A stretch of 64,000 nucleotides of DNA from an uncultured Clostridia bacterium (GTDB lineage: Bacteria > Bacillota > Clostridia > Oscillospirales > JAAYOS01). Shown one piece after another: positions 55,476 through 63,952 of the stretch (positions are counted from its first letter, which is position 1; each line of letters starts with the position of its first letter). Under the pieces are notes generated by a model, which was given only the letters and a program-made list of their open reading frames with translations, made no database searches and was not told where the DNA came from. The DNA is taken from NCBI GenBank assembly GCA_944387575.1, contig CALXFK010000070.1:32620-96619 (forward strand), given 5' to 3'. Both the position numbers and the translations under genes were made by a program.

Positions 55476-56356
55476 ACCATGCTCACCTCCGTCGTAAATC
55501 CGTCCGGCCAGGTGTAGGTGACGCTGTTCTCCCCCTCGGTGCAGAGCAGGGTGTGCGCCGCAGTCTCCCCCTCGTACATGTAACTCACCACGCCGCTGGT
55601 CCTGTCTATTTCACAGGAGGCGAGACGGCGGTGCTTGGCATCCACATAGTCGCCAAGCGTCACCTCGGTGTACTCGCCGCTGCCGGTCACCTGCCGTATT
55701 ACAAGCCCCTCGCTGTCCTTGTATATGAACGCCTTCCCGCGGTCGCCGATCCCGGTTCCCGCACCGAGCACGATGACAGGCATAACCGTTGCCGTTCCGT
55801 TCGACATAGCCATTGCCTCAAAGCGAAGAGTCAGCTTTACCAGTTCTTGATACTTGTAACAGATGACCGGTTCCCCTCCCGGCTCGACCGTCATTCGCGA
55901 GTGTTCGGCATCTGCCCACCAGTAGCTTACGCCGCCACGCACCAGTTGTTCGGTCGAGAGTCCGTCTGTCGTACCGGTTATGAAGTTTATCTCCCCGTCG
56001 TGAGCGTAGATGTAGTCGAGCTGAGAGGTGTCCCCGAGGAGGTATCTCTGCGCGCGAAGATAGTCGGTACGCAGACTGTTGACCGTCAGCGCTGCAATGT
56101 CGCCATACTCCGCGCAAAGCTCCTCGGTTATAACGGCGTCCGAAATGACAAGCCCCGCGCGCACCGTCTCCGCCACAAGCTCCCCCAACTCCGCAAGCCC
56201 GCTCTCGCTGAAATTCGACGGGTCGAGGTTGGTCAGTATGTACCGGAGATTCTCGAGCAACATGTACACATACCCTCGCAGCGCGGTCACCTGTTGCTCA
56301 ACGCTCCCTACTCTCCCCGGAAACCGGTCACCAAGCGCCGCTGTACCCCCCGCCAT
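55472..56356 (-). CDS. phage structural protein (unknown role)
   Basis: It is 294 aa and sits in the co-oriented block, 3 nt after the upstream stop. Confidence 0.6.
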   Translation of the reverse strand: MAGGTAALGDRFPGRVGSVEQQVTALRGYVYMLLENLRYILTNLDPSNFSESGLAELGELVAETVRAGLVISDAVITEELCAEYGDIAALTVNSLRTDYLRAQRYLLGDTSQLDYIYAHDGEINFITGTTDGLSTEQLVRGGVSYWWADAEHSRMTVEPGGEPVICYKYQELVKLTLRFEAMAMSNGTATVMPVIVLGAGTGIGDRGKAFIYKDSEGLVIRQVTGSGEYTEVTLGDYVDAKHRRLASCEIDRTSGVVSYMYEGETAAHTLLCTEGENSVTYTWPDGFTTEVSMV

Positions 56357-56359
56357 CGG

Positions 56360-56635
56360 CTATATCCTCGCTCCCGACCACTCCTCGGCGCGCGCTGCCG
56401 TCATCGCCTCGGTATGCGCGTCCTGCCTCTCGCTCTGCTCGAGCACAAGCGCAAACTTGCGTTTTATCTTTACCGGCTCTCCGCGCTTTATAAGACAGCT
56501 CTCACCGTTGACGCTCACAAATACGTCGTCACGGTAGTCCTTGCCATCCTTGAACAGCTTTACCTCGACATACTCCTCCAGCCAGTCGTTCACATTTCCC
56601 TTTTTTGCGGCTGCTGTACTCGCTGTTTTCGCCAT
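56360..56635 (-). CDS. phage hypothetical protein
   Basis: It is 91 aa and lies downstream of the capsid gene. Confidence 0.55.
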   Translation of the reverse strand: MAKTASTAAAKKGNVNDWLEEYVEVKLFKDGKDYRDDVFVSVNGESCLIKRGEPVKIKRKFALVLEQSERQDAHTEAMTAARAEEWSGARI

Positions 56636-56782
56636 ACTTCGATTCCTTTCCGTAGTATCTTACAGTAATACTACTTTATGTTTTGCTTTTTGCACTGTTT
56701 TTGGGGCTGTGCCCCCGGCTGTCACGCCGGGAGCACAACTTGTAAAGGTTCACACCTTGCAGTGAAATTCACCGGGCACAAC

Positions 56783-58006
56783 TCAGTTGTTGCCCGCCTC
56801 GTAGGTGCCGCAGGTCTCGATTCTGCGCATGAACGCCTCGACGAGACGCACCGCAGCCTTGGTAGCTTTCCAACCGACGGTGGAACGCTGGTCAAGCGGG
56901 TCGCCTGTACCGGCGGAGCCGAGCTGCTTGACGATATGCTGGAGTCCGCCGCCCTTTATCTCACTTACGCCGTAGGCGTTGGCGCCGAGGATGAGGGTCG
57001 CATAGACGTCTCGTCCCTTTGCGCCCGCCTCGCCAGGATAGATCACAGCACTCGCGTCGCAGCTTATCTCGTGGTCTAGGGTGAGGGAGGAGGAGGTGTT
57101 TGCGGTCACCTCCGCGAGCTCGGTGCCTATGAGCACCTTGCGTCCGACGAGGGAATCCGCCTCCACCGTTCCGCCCGAGAAATTGACCGTGTTCGAGCTG
57201 CTGACCTGCGCGCTCGCAGTGAGGGTGCGGCTGTCCGAAGCGAGGTCGTCGGCGTGGAACACCTTCGCCTCGGTGCTCTCCACAAAACGGACGTTCTCGA
57301 TACGACCTATCTCACCGGCGTAGATTCCCTCCGGGTCGGAGTAGCTCTTGACATTCATCCAGCGGCTGTCGTTCATGAGGTCGTAGCTCACGTCGGGGTG
57401 GATAATACCGACATAGCATCCGTCGATGGTATCCGCATTCATGTTCTTGAGATAGCGAACTGCACGGCGGATACAGTCGACTGTGAGGTAGTGGTTTCCA
57501 GACTCCTCGCCGCCCACGAGCAGGTGACGCGCCGCAACCGCGTCCTCGCCGTACTGCACCGAGGTGCCTCCCGCAAGTACCTCTCTTGTGATGGTGTCGA
57601 GCGAGCGCCCAGCCTGCGAACCTATGAGGCGGGTCGCCTCGAGCAGGTTCTTGTCTATTGCGGCGAGCTGGAGCATGTCCGAGAGCTCCACATATCCGCC
57701 GTACTGTTTTACCTCCGCGCTGACGGTGGTAACCTGCAGCTTCTGTCCGTCCGGCGTCACGCCCTCCGATATCTGGGTGACGAGCTTGGGCAGCGGGTTG
57801 TACTTGCGGAACTCCACCGTCTTACCGCTGTTCTGCGGTATCGGGCGCTGCTGTGCAAACTGGTCGTGGACCAGGTTCGGCTCGGCGTTATCGATGAGAT
57901 AGTCGGAGTAGTAGGTCTTCATCTCAGCGCTGAGACCGCTGTCGGTAGTGAGGTTCGTGTTCGGCTCCCCGAACATTGTCAGGTCAAAATGCTTTATATA
58001 ATCCAT
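56783..58006 (-). CDS. major capsid protein, N4-gp56-like family
   Basis: NTNLTTDSGLSAEMKTYYSDYLIDNAEPNLVHDQFAQQRPIPQNSGKTVEFRKYNPLPK matches my memory of that family's N-terminal region. The ATG at 58006 follows AAGGAGAGG. The track start at 58210 was rejected. Confidence 0.8.
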   Translation of the reverse strand: MDYIKHFDLTMFGEPNTNLTTDSGLSAEMKTYYSDYLIDNAEPNLVHDQFAQQRPIPQNSGKTVEFRKYNPLPKLVTQISEGVTPDGQKLQVTTVSAEVKQYGGYVELSDMLQLAAIDKNLLEATRLIGSQAGRSLDTITREVLAGGTSVQYGEDAVAARHLLVGGEESGNHYLTVDCIRRAVRYLKNMNADTIDGCYVGIIHPDVSYDLMNDSRWMNVKSYSDPEGIYAGEIGRIENVRFVESTEAKVFHADDLASDSRTLTASAQVSSSNTVNFSGGTVEADSLVGRKVLIGTELAEVTANTSSSLTLDHEISCDASAVIYPGEAGAKGRDVYATLILGANAYGVSEIKGGGLQHIVKQLGSAGTGDPLDQRSTVGWKATKAAVRLVEAFMRRIETCGTYEAGNN

Positions 58007-58064
58007 AGCCCTCTCCTTTTCATTTTTTACTATGCCATCACGGATAGTCTGCCGCAGGCACTCT

Positions 58065-58814
58065 TCACAGGAAGATCCTCTCCCCCGCCGCAGCACGGCG
58101 CGCAAGCTCGGCGCGTCCCGCGGGGGTGAGAGTAGAGGCGTAAGGTCCGGTAAAGGACACGGAGTGCGCCGTCCCGTTCTCCTCCGGACGCATTCCCCGC
58201 TCGCGCGCAAGCTGCATAGCCTGACGCACTCCCTGCGCCCGAAGTTCCTGCGCGTGCAGTACCTCGTACGCCTCGCTCATCGTAACACCGCTCCGTACAA
58301 GCCTCCGAAACCGCTTATTTGACAGTTCGCGCGCAAGATCAAACGACGGATACCGGCGCGAAAGTTCCGCCGCCTCCCGCTCAAGCCTGTCCGCAATGAC
58401 ACGTGGTCCCGGCGTGGACGCGCGTACAAGCCTCTCAACACTTTGCCGCCTCACTGCGCGTTCCGCCGCCTCCAGTGCAGTGCGCATGCCCTCTTGCCGC
58501 GCACGTTCGGTCACCCTTGCGGTCTGCCCGGATGCCTGTGCTTCCTGTGTGTCCTGTGTGTCCTTAGCACCGTTCACACCACCGCCTTCAGCTTCCACTT
58601 CCTCCTGCGCGGTGTGCGCGGCTCCAGACTTCTCTGCGGCTCCGCCCCCTTTCACCTCCTCAGGCGTCGCCTTCTCCCTGCTGCCCTTGGCCTTTTCCGT
58701 CCGCTCCGCGCTGTCACCTGCGTTAGCTGACGACGTTCCAGGCTCCCCCTGCCCCCCTGCTTGCACGGCAGGCTGTCCGTCAAACATTCTTAAATCAATA
58801 GTGCGATATTCCAT
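58065..58814 (-). CDS. scaffolding protein (candidate)
   Basis: It lies between the Prp and capsid genes, is Ala/Glu/Arg-rich and looks helical. The ATG at 58814 follows GGAGGG. Confidence 0.6.
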   Translation of the reverse strand: MEYRTIDLRMFDGQPAVQAGGQGEPGTSSANAGDSAERTEKAKGSREKATPEEVKGGGAAEKSGAAHTAQEEVEAEGGGVNGAKDTQDTQEAQASGQTARVTERARQEGMRTALEAAERAVRRQSVERLVRASTPGPRVIADRLEREAAELSRRYPSFDLARELSNKRFRRLVRSGVTMSEAYEVLHAQELRAQGVRQAMQLARERGMRPEENGTAHSVSFTGPYASTLTPAGRAELARRAAAGERIFL

Positions 58815-58842
58815 GTGCCCTCCAATCTCCAGTCTCCATTTT

Positions 58843-59178
58843 TCAAAACATGTCGAGCATACACCGCCGCTGTGCAAATGGCGCTCCGCTCACCTCTACC
58901 CGCAGCCCCATCGGGTACGCAGCGGATATTCTCTCGAGCCCGGTGAGTGCCAGCTCAAACGCCGCACTTGAGCGCTCCGAGCTTGCGCAGTCGAGCATAA
59001 GCTGACCACTCTCCGCCCGGTACAGCTCGCACTCCCCGCACTCGCTTGCCCACGCCCCCAACGCCTGCGCTATCGCGCTCACCGCCGCGCACACGAGAGC
59101 GCTGTTTTCTCCCTCGGCATGTCCGGTAATTTTAAGTGTGAACATGTCGTCCGACCACACAAATTCTGCCTCTATCAC
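58843..59178 (-). CDS. Prp-type (DUF464) cysteine protease homologue
   Basis: LKITGHAEGENSALVCAAVSAIAQAL carries the His...Cys dyad context of ribosomal-processing protease Prp. The likely start is GTG at 59178, 9 nt after GGAGG. Confidence 0.7.
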   Translation of the reverse strand: MIEAEFVWSDDMFTLKITGHAEGENSALVCAAVSAIAQALGAWASECGECELYRAESGQLMLDCASSERSSAAFELALTGLERISAAYPMGLRVEVSGAPFAQRRCMLDMF

Positions 59179-59226
59179 AATTCTTTTCCTCCGAATAATG
59201 TAATTTCGGCTGATCAGCATGTCGTT

Positions 59227-60939
59227 CTATATCTGCATCTGTCCGTCCACGTTTTTCTGCTGTGCAGCGACCGCCGTCGCTGCTGCGGTCTGTGCTGCGT
59301 AGCGCGCTGCGTTTTTCGCGATTACATCCGCCGCCTTTTCTTTTCCGTCGAACTCCATAAGTTCGAGCGCCGCGAGCGCCTGCGAGGCGAGCTCCGGTTT
59401 GAAAAAACCGAGACTGTACAGTTCGCGCGCAAGTTCGTTCTGCGCAAGTTTGGTGTACGCAGAGCGCTTCTGCGGTCGTACATACACATCAAACACCGGG
59501 CTCCTGCCCATCAACGCATTTGAGAACTCGATAAACCGTCCGCCCTCTGCACCCGCGACCCTGAACCAGCGCGGCTCGTCGTAAAACTGGCGCACAAGTT
59601 CGATTATCAGCCCGCACAGTGAGACGTAACTGCGGTAGGACGCCGCTATCATGTCGCGACTCGTCTTGCTGCCCGCCTCCTGAAGCGCGCTTATCGCCGC
59701 CGCAGCGGTCACTCCGCCGCTCACCGACCCCTGCGAGAAATCGCGATTCGCGCTCGTCTCCTTCAGCTCGTCCACCTTCATCTGCATTATGTTCACGTAG
59801 ATCTGAGGGAGCGTGCTCACAGTTATCTGGCGCAGTTTTTCCTCGTCGATGTCCCCCTCAACATCCACTATCGGCTCGTTGAGGTCGAGGAACTGCTCCC
59901 TGTTCACGCCAGCGGACTTCTTTGCAAAGTAGCGTACGCGGCTTGCCTGGAGCGCGTTTTCAAGAATGCCGCGACCAAGGAGGTCTATGTACATCTGCGG
60001 ATCTTTTGCCACCGCTACCACCCCAAACCCGACCGGTGTCCCCTCCTCCGGGTAGAGTACGTCCAGCACGACCGGGTACCGACCGTGGTCATACAGTCCG
60101 CGTTCGGCGAGTAGGGGGTCGTTTTCGGTCGCGTAGAGCAAAGTGTCCCGCGCGATCTTACAGAAGTGCAGCGCCACGCTTCCATCTGGTCGCGTGCGGC
60201 GGTAGTAGCGGTCGATGACAAGAGTCTTTCCCTCACTCTCGTCGCGACCCTCCCACGCCCATCTGCCCGCCTCCGGCACACCCGAACCGCGTCCGGCAAG
60301 CTGCGGATAGTTCGCCTCGAGCTGGTCGGTAGGGCGCATCGATACGATAAACAGCTCCTGCGAATCCTGAATGTCACTGATTCCCGGTTCCCAGTATATA
60401 TTCAACAGGTCGAGCCTCGTAACTCGGATATCACCGCGTCCGTCACGCAGCGACCGGTCCCAGAATGCACCGTATGCCGCCGTGCCATGCTTGAGCTTAT
60501 ACCACCACGCATCCGAGTAGGTCTGTTCAAAATCATTCTGCTCGTAGATTACCGGCAGCACCGCGCCTACCGCTTCCGCCGCCCTCTCGTCCGACGGCTC
60601 GCGCGCAAGGACATTCGGCTCTGGGAAATTGTCCATAGCGTCAGCGTGCTTTCCGAGTATCGAATTGAACAGCCATCCGCTCTTCGGTTCAAGCCGACCG
60701 GCAGCCTTCGCGGTCTCCTTGCCGAAACACTCCCAGTGCCGCAGCTTCCACCACAGTTCATCCTCGACTATCCGCTGCTCGAGCGGAAGCTTCGCACGGC
60801 GATACCGGGAAAAGGTGTCCAGTGCTTCGCGCACCTGTTCCTGCCCTATGCGCGGTGCAAACTCCGCCCCGGACCCGTCAAGATGGGCGCCTTTGCTTGC
60901 ACCCCCGGCAATGCCGGAAAAACTCTCATTTTCTCTCAT
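59227..60939 (-). CDS. portal protein
   Basis: It is about 570 aa and lies directly downstream of the large terminase gene. The ATG at 60939 follows AAAGGAGAAGAGGAG. The call rests on position and size only. Confidence 0.7.
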   Translation of the reverse strand: MRENESFSGIAGGASKGAHLDGSGAEFAPRIGQEQVREALDTFSRYRRAKLPLEQRIVEDELWWKLRHWECFGKETAKAAGRLEPKSGWLFNSILGKHADAMDNFPEPNVLAREPSDERAAEAVGAVLPVIYEQNDFEQTYSDAWWYKLKHGTAAYGAFWDRSLRDGRGDIRVTRLDLLNIYWEPGISDIQDSQELFIVSMRPTDQLEANYPQLAGRGSGVPEAGRWAWEGRDESEGKTLVIDRYYRRTRPDGSVALHFCKIARDTLLYATENDPLLAERGLYDHGRYPVVLDVLYPEEGTPVGFGVVAVAKDPQMYIDLLGRGILENALQASRVRYFAKKSAGVNREQFLDLNEPIVDVEGDIDEEKLRQITVSTLPQIYVNIMQMKVDELKETSANRDFSQGSVSGGVTAAAAISALQEAGSKTSRDMIAASYRSYVSLCGLIIELVRQFYDEPRWFRVAGAEGGRFIEFSNALMGRSPVFDVYVRPQKRSAYTKLAQNELARELYSLGFFKPELASQALAALELMEFDGKEKAADVIAKNAARYAAQTAAATAVAAQQKNVDGQMQI

Positions 60940-60990
60940 CTGCTTCTCCTCTTCTCCTTTCACAGTGAAAATACACACCGCATTGCCACC

Positions 60991-62505
60991 TCATTCAAGA
61001 GGGTTGTACTGTCTGCGCTTCGGCGGCGGCGCAGGGCGCTCGGGCGCTATCGGCTTCATCTGGCATATGTAGCGGATCTCGTCCGGCGCGTGGTCCTCAA
61101 GAGAGCTGTCAACATCCTCGGGGAAGTGCGCGTCATACTGCATAAGCGGCAGCGTGCGTATCGCCGCCGTGCACCCCTTGAAGAAGTACATCATCGGGAT
61201 CCCCTCCTCGTCGAATCTCAGCCGATAGTGCAGCTGCATCCAACCGGGTATTCGCTTGTTGTCCCCCTTTTCGAAGTATATCCCTGCGCGCTCCGCGGTC
61301 TCCGCTATCGACTCGCCCCTCGAGCCGTCCCATATCGACGGGTCAGCCACCCCGAATATTCGCTTCCCGCGAAGCCAGGCGTGTTCGCACTCTATCTCGC
61401 GCATCTTCCCGAATATCTGCTCCGGAGTCCATTTCACCCCGACGTTAGCCTGCCCCTCCGCGCAACCATAGAGTTCTAGCAGGCGGTACAGCCTCCCGTC
61501 GTGATCGACCGCCCACCACGCCGCTGAGAACGGTCTCGCGTACCCGAAGTCGAACGACCGCCATATTGACCAGCTATCCGGCGGGTCAAACGGGTCTATG
61601 ACGTGCGTCCACCGACGGTCTGCGTAGTGCTCCGGGTCGTTGCGGAACTCCTCAAAGACCTGTCCCTCGTAGATGTCCCAGTCCCCCTCCAGGTGCGCTC
61701 GCCGTTTGTGCGGCGGCAGCGCCTGCAACCTGCGTATATACTCAGGATCCGCCTGCATGAGCGCAGGGTTGTCGTATACCCGCGCCGGGATAAACGCATA
61801 GTCCTCCGCCCGCTCGCCGTCCACGTAGCTGCGCGTCACGAATAGCCGCTTTATGTAGTCGTGCGACACGCCGCCCGGGTTGCAGGTGTAGTATATCCGC
61901 GGTGAGAAGTCGGTGCGGGTGGTTCGCAGACAGGTGGATATGAACACTATCCACTCCTCACGGAAGTTGGTCGCTTCCTCAAACCCTATTACCTCATACT
62001 CCTGCCCCTGATAACGCAGACAGTCCGCGTCGTTTGCGCAGTACCCGAGACAGAGTCGCGACCCGTTCGGGAATATGAATGCCCGCTCAGCCGACCGGTA
62101 CTCCGCATACCCATCCAGCTCACGCAGCAGCGGCAGTATGTGATTCTCGCGCAGCTCGGGCATTGTCCGGCGCAGCAGCAGAAGCCTGAGCCCGTCCCAT
62201 CGCATCGCGAGCAGCACAAACTTTCTCCGCATCGCCCACGACTTTCCCCCTCCCCGCGCGCCGCCGTACGCAATGTGCCGCGCGCGAGAGAGAAAGAACT
62301 CACGTTGTCTCGGGTTTGGGACCTCGGTTCGCAGCAGCCCGAATATCACCGGTTCCTTCTGCCCTTCTCCGTCCGCCGCCTTGTTCTCGATAGCGTCAAT
62401 GTCTTCCGCGGCACCAGCTGTGTCGATAGTGTCCACAGGATTTGCGATGTCAGCGATATCCGGTGGGTCAGGCATGTTCGTCAGACCGTCCGCGTGTCCG
62501 TTCAT
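60991..62505 (-). CDS. terminase large subunit
   Basis: The Walker A motif is GGARGGGKS and the Walker B-like motif is YEVIGFEEA. A C-terminal nuclease-like region is present. The ATG at 62505 is 2 nt after the upstream stop. Confidence 0.88.
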   Translation of the reverse strand: MNGHADGLTNMPDPPDIADIANPVDTIDTAGAAEDIDAIENKAADGEGQKEPVIFGLLRTEVPNPRQREFFLSRARHIAYGGARGGGKSWAMRRKFVLLAMRWDGLRLLLLRRTMPELRENHILPLLRELDGYAEYRSAERAFIFPNGSRLCLGYCANDADCLRYQGQEYEVIGFEEATNFREEWIVFISTCLRTTRTDFSPRIYYTCNPGGVSHDYIKRLFVTRSYVDGERAEDYAFIPARVYDNPALMQADPEYIRRLQALPPHKRRAHLEGDWDIYEGQVFEEFRNDPEHYADRRWTHVIDPFDPPDSWSIWRSFDFGYARPFSAAWWAVDHDGRLYRLLELYGCAEGQANVGVKWTPEQIFGKMREIECEHAWLRGKRIFGVADPSIWDGSRGESIAETAERAGIYFEKGDNKRIPGWMQLHYRLRFDEEGIPMMYFFKGCTAAIRTLPLMQYDAHFPEDVDSSLEDHAPDEIRYICQMKPIAPERPAPPPKRRQYNPLE

Positions 62506-62507
62506 TT

Positions 62508-62738
62508 TTATCCTGCCCAATCTTCCAGCTCCCCCTCAAAGCGCACCGAGCCGCCGGTGATCGGGGTGCTCTCCGGCTTCGAAACCGACGGCTTGCCGAG
62601 TGCCATCTCCGCAATCCACTTATATATTTCTATTCGACTCTTCTCCTGCGTCCCCTCGTCCTCCGCCATCCGGTAGAGCTGCTCAAGCGAACGCTGCCCA
62701 AGCTCACCCAGCGACAGCTTTCCGCTATTGCTGGTCAT
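62508..62738 (-). CDS. short terminase-small-subunit-like protein (candidate)
   Basis: It is 76 aa and ends like the C-termini of Terminase_2-type small subunits (..IAEMALGKP......V.FEGELEDW). I did not recognise an HTH domain. Confidence 0.4.
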   Translation of the reverse strand: MTSNSGKLSLGELGQRSLEQLYRMAEDEGTQEKSRIEIYKWIAEMALGKPSVSKPESTPITGGSVRFEGELEDWAG

Positions 62739-62949
62739 AGTACCGGTTGAGCGCCACCGCTATCGCGCACTTCTTCCATGCTTCCGGGTGCGCACAGCTA
62801 CCATACACGAGCACACGCCTCGACACCGCATCCGGCATCGTTATACGTCCACCTTCACAGTTGAGCACATATTTTCCCTTTCGCCTGCGCTCACCTATAT
62901 AAAAGGGACAATAAAAGCACTTCCGCGCCTTTTCCTCCGTATTTGCCAT
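62725..62949 (-). CDS. small Cys-rich phage protein
   Basis: The ATG at 62949 follows GGGAGGAGG. The sequence is MANTEEKARKCFYCPF...NCEGG...SCAHPEAWKKC, which contains CxxC and further Cys residues. Confidence 0.5.
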   Translation of the reverse strand: MANTEEKARKCFYCPFYIGERRRKGKYVLNCEGGRITMPDAVSRRVLVYGSCAHPEAWKKCAIAVALNRYYDQQ

Positions 62950-63169
62950 TGCGTCGCCTCCTCCCTTCTCCATCAGGTTCACTCCCCCGCTCAACCACCT
63001 CCGGCGGCGGCGGATACGGATATCCCGTCCGTTCACAGCGCGCGATCCGTTCATCTACTGCATCCCAGTCCGTTATATCGTACCTCCCCCTCGCTATAAT
63101 CGTTTTCGTCAGCAACAGCCACAGTTCTTTTCCCTTTCGGACAATTTCCTGTTGACTTTGCGGCTCCAA
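62891..63169 (-). CDS. uncertain first ORF of the late operon (TTG start, overlaps the next ORF by about 60 nt)
   Basis: This is a track ORF of 92 aa with no clear SD and an Arg/Gly-rich tail. It is kept only because the region is otherwise unexplained. Confidence 0.2.
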   Translation of the reverse strand: MEPQSQQEIVRKGKELWLLLTKTIIARGRYDITDWDAVDERIARCERTGYPYPPPPEVVERGSEPDGEGRRRRNGKYGGKGAEVLLLSLLYR

Positions 63170-63208
63170 TGTGGTACGGTTAAACTACAACAACGTGTGT
63201 TTAGCCAC

Positions 63209-63225
63209 ATCAACTGTGAGTTGAT
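63209..63225. promoter_or_regulatory. palindromic candidate operator overlapping the late-operon promoter
   Basis: ATCAAC-tgtga-GTTGAT overlaps the -10 box and TSS region of the minus-strand promoter. Confidence 0.5.
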
Positions 63226-63252
63226 TATAGTTTAATTTTATAAACAAGTCAA
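63224..63252 (-). promoter_or_regulatory. near-consensus sigma-70 promoter facing the packaging/structural/lysis block
   Basis: The minus strand reads TTGACT-N17-TATAAT. Confidence 0.7.
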
Positions 63253-63313
63253 CAGCATTTTGTACACCTTTGTAAATTCGTCATAGTGAACAAATCCGGA
63301 GGGAGAAAATAAT

Positions 63314-63706
63314 ATGTTTTACACAACGTTTGCAGAGCTGTGCAACAGACGGGGCATACGCCCGGGGCGCGCCGCAGGAGAAATAGGCATAAGTCGCGCC
63401 GCGGTCACCCGCTGGAAGCAGGAGGGGTTCACGCCGCGCGGAGATGTGCTCGAGCGCATTGCGGCATACTTCGGTGTCACGGTAGACTATCTTCTGCGCG
63501 GCGGGGATTCAGTTCAGGCGCCGGATGGAAGTCCGGATGCGGCGGATACATCCAGGGAAGAGGAGGAGATGGAGGAATTTCTCGAGATGTTGAAAAACCG
63601 CCAGGAGTGCAGGATGCTCTTCTCCCTTGCGCGGAACGCCACCCGCAGCGACGTTGAGCGGGCGGTAAAAATAATTGAAGCGCTGCGGGAGGTGGAGCAG
63701 GATTAA
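63314..63706 (+). CDS. XRE-family HTH repressor-like protein
   Basis: FAELCNRRGIRPGRAAGEIGISRAAVTRWKQ.GFTPRGDVLERIAAYFGVTVDYLL is present. The ATG follows GGAGGGAG. Confidence 0.85.
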   Translation: MFYTTFAELCNRRGIRPGRAAGEIGISRAAVTRWKQEGFTPRGDVLERIAAYFGVTVDYLLRGGDSVQAPDGSPDAADTSREEEEMEEFLEMLKNRQECRMLFSLARNATRSDVERAVKIIEALREVEQD

Positions 63707-63715
63707 GGAGGGGCT

Positions 63716-63952
63716 ATGAGAGAGATCGTTGACGCCAACATTCGCGGTATTCCGCTTCCGGTCGCGGTCCATGGATGCGTTTTGCCAAATCGCGACGGCA
63801 CCTTCGACGTCTACTACAACTCGCGGCTCGACCGCGAGCAGTGCATGAAGGCGATAGCGCACGAGCTTGAGCACATTCGTCGCGGTCATCTTTACGACTG
63901 CCGCCCGGTTTGGATAAACGAGACGGAGGCAGAAAAAAATATACCTCATTAA
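63716..63952 (+). CDS. short ImmA/IrrE-like zinc metallopeptidase
   Basis: The HEXXH motif is AIAHELEHIRRGH. It is 78 aa and starts 9 nt after the XRE stop, behind AAGGAGGGG. Confidence 0.7.
   Translation: MREIVDANIRGIPLPVAVHGCVLPNRDGTFDVYYNSRLDREQCMKAIAHELEHIRRGHLYDCRPVWINETEAEKNIPH

Noticed and set aside
53034-61479. Plus-strand ORFs inside the phage block, for example 55553-56668 (371 aa), 57254-58129 and 60166-61479 (437 aa).
   Set aside because: They are antisense to a tightly coupled minus-strand operon whose genes have good SD sequences. The products are Arg-rich and low in complexity.
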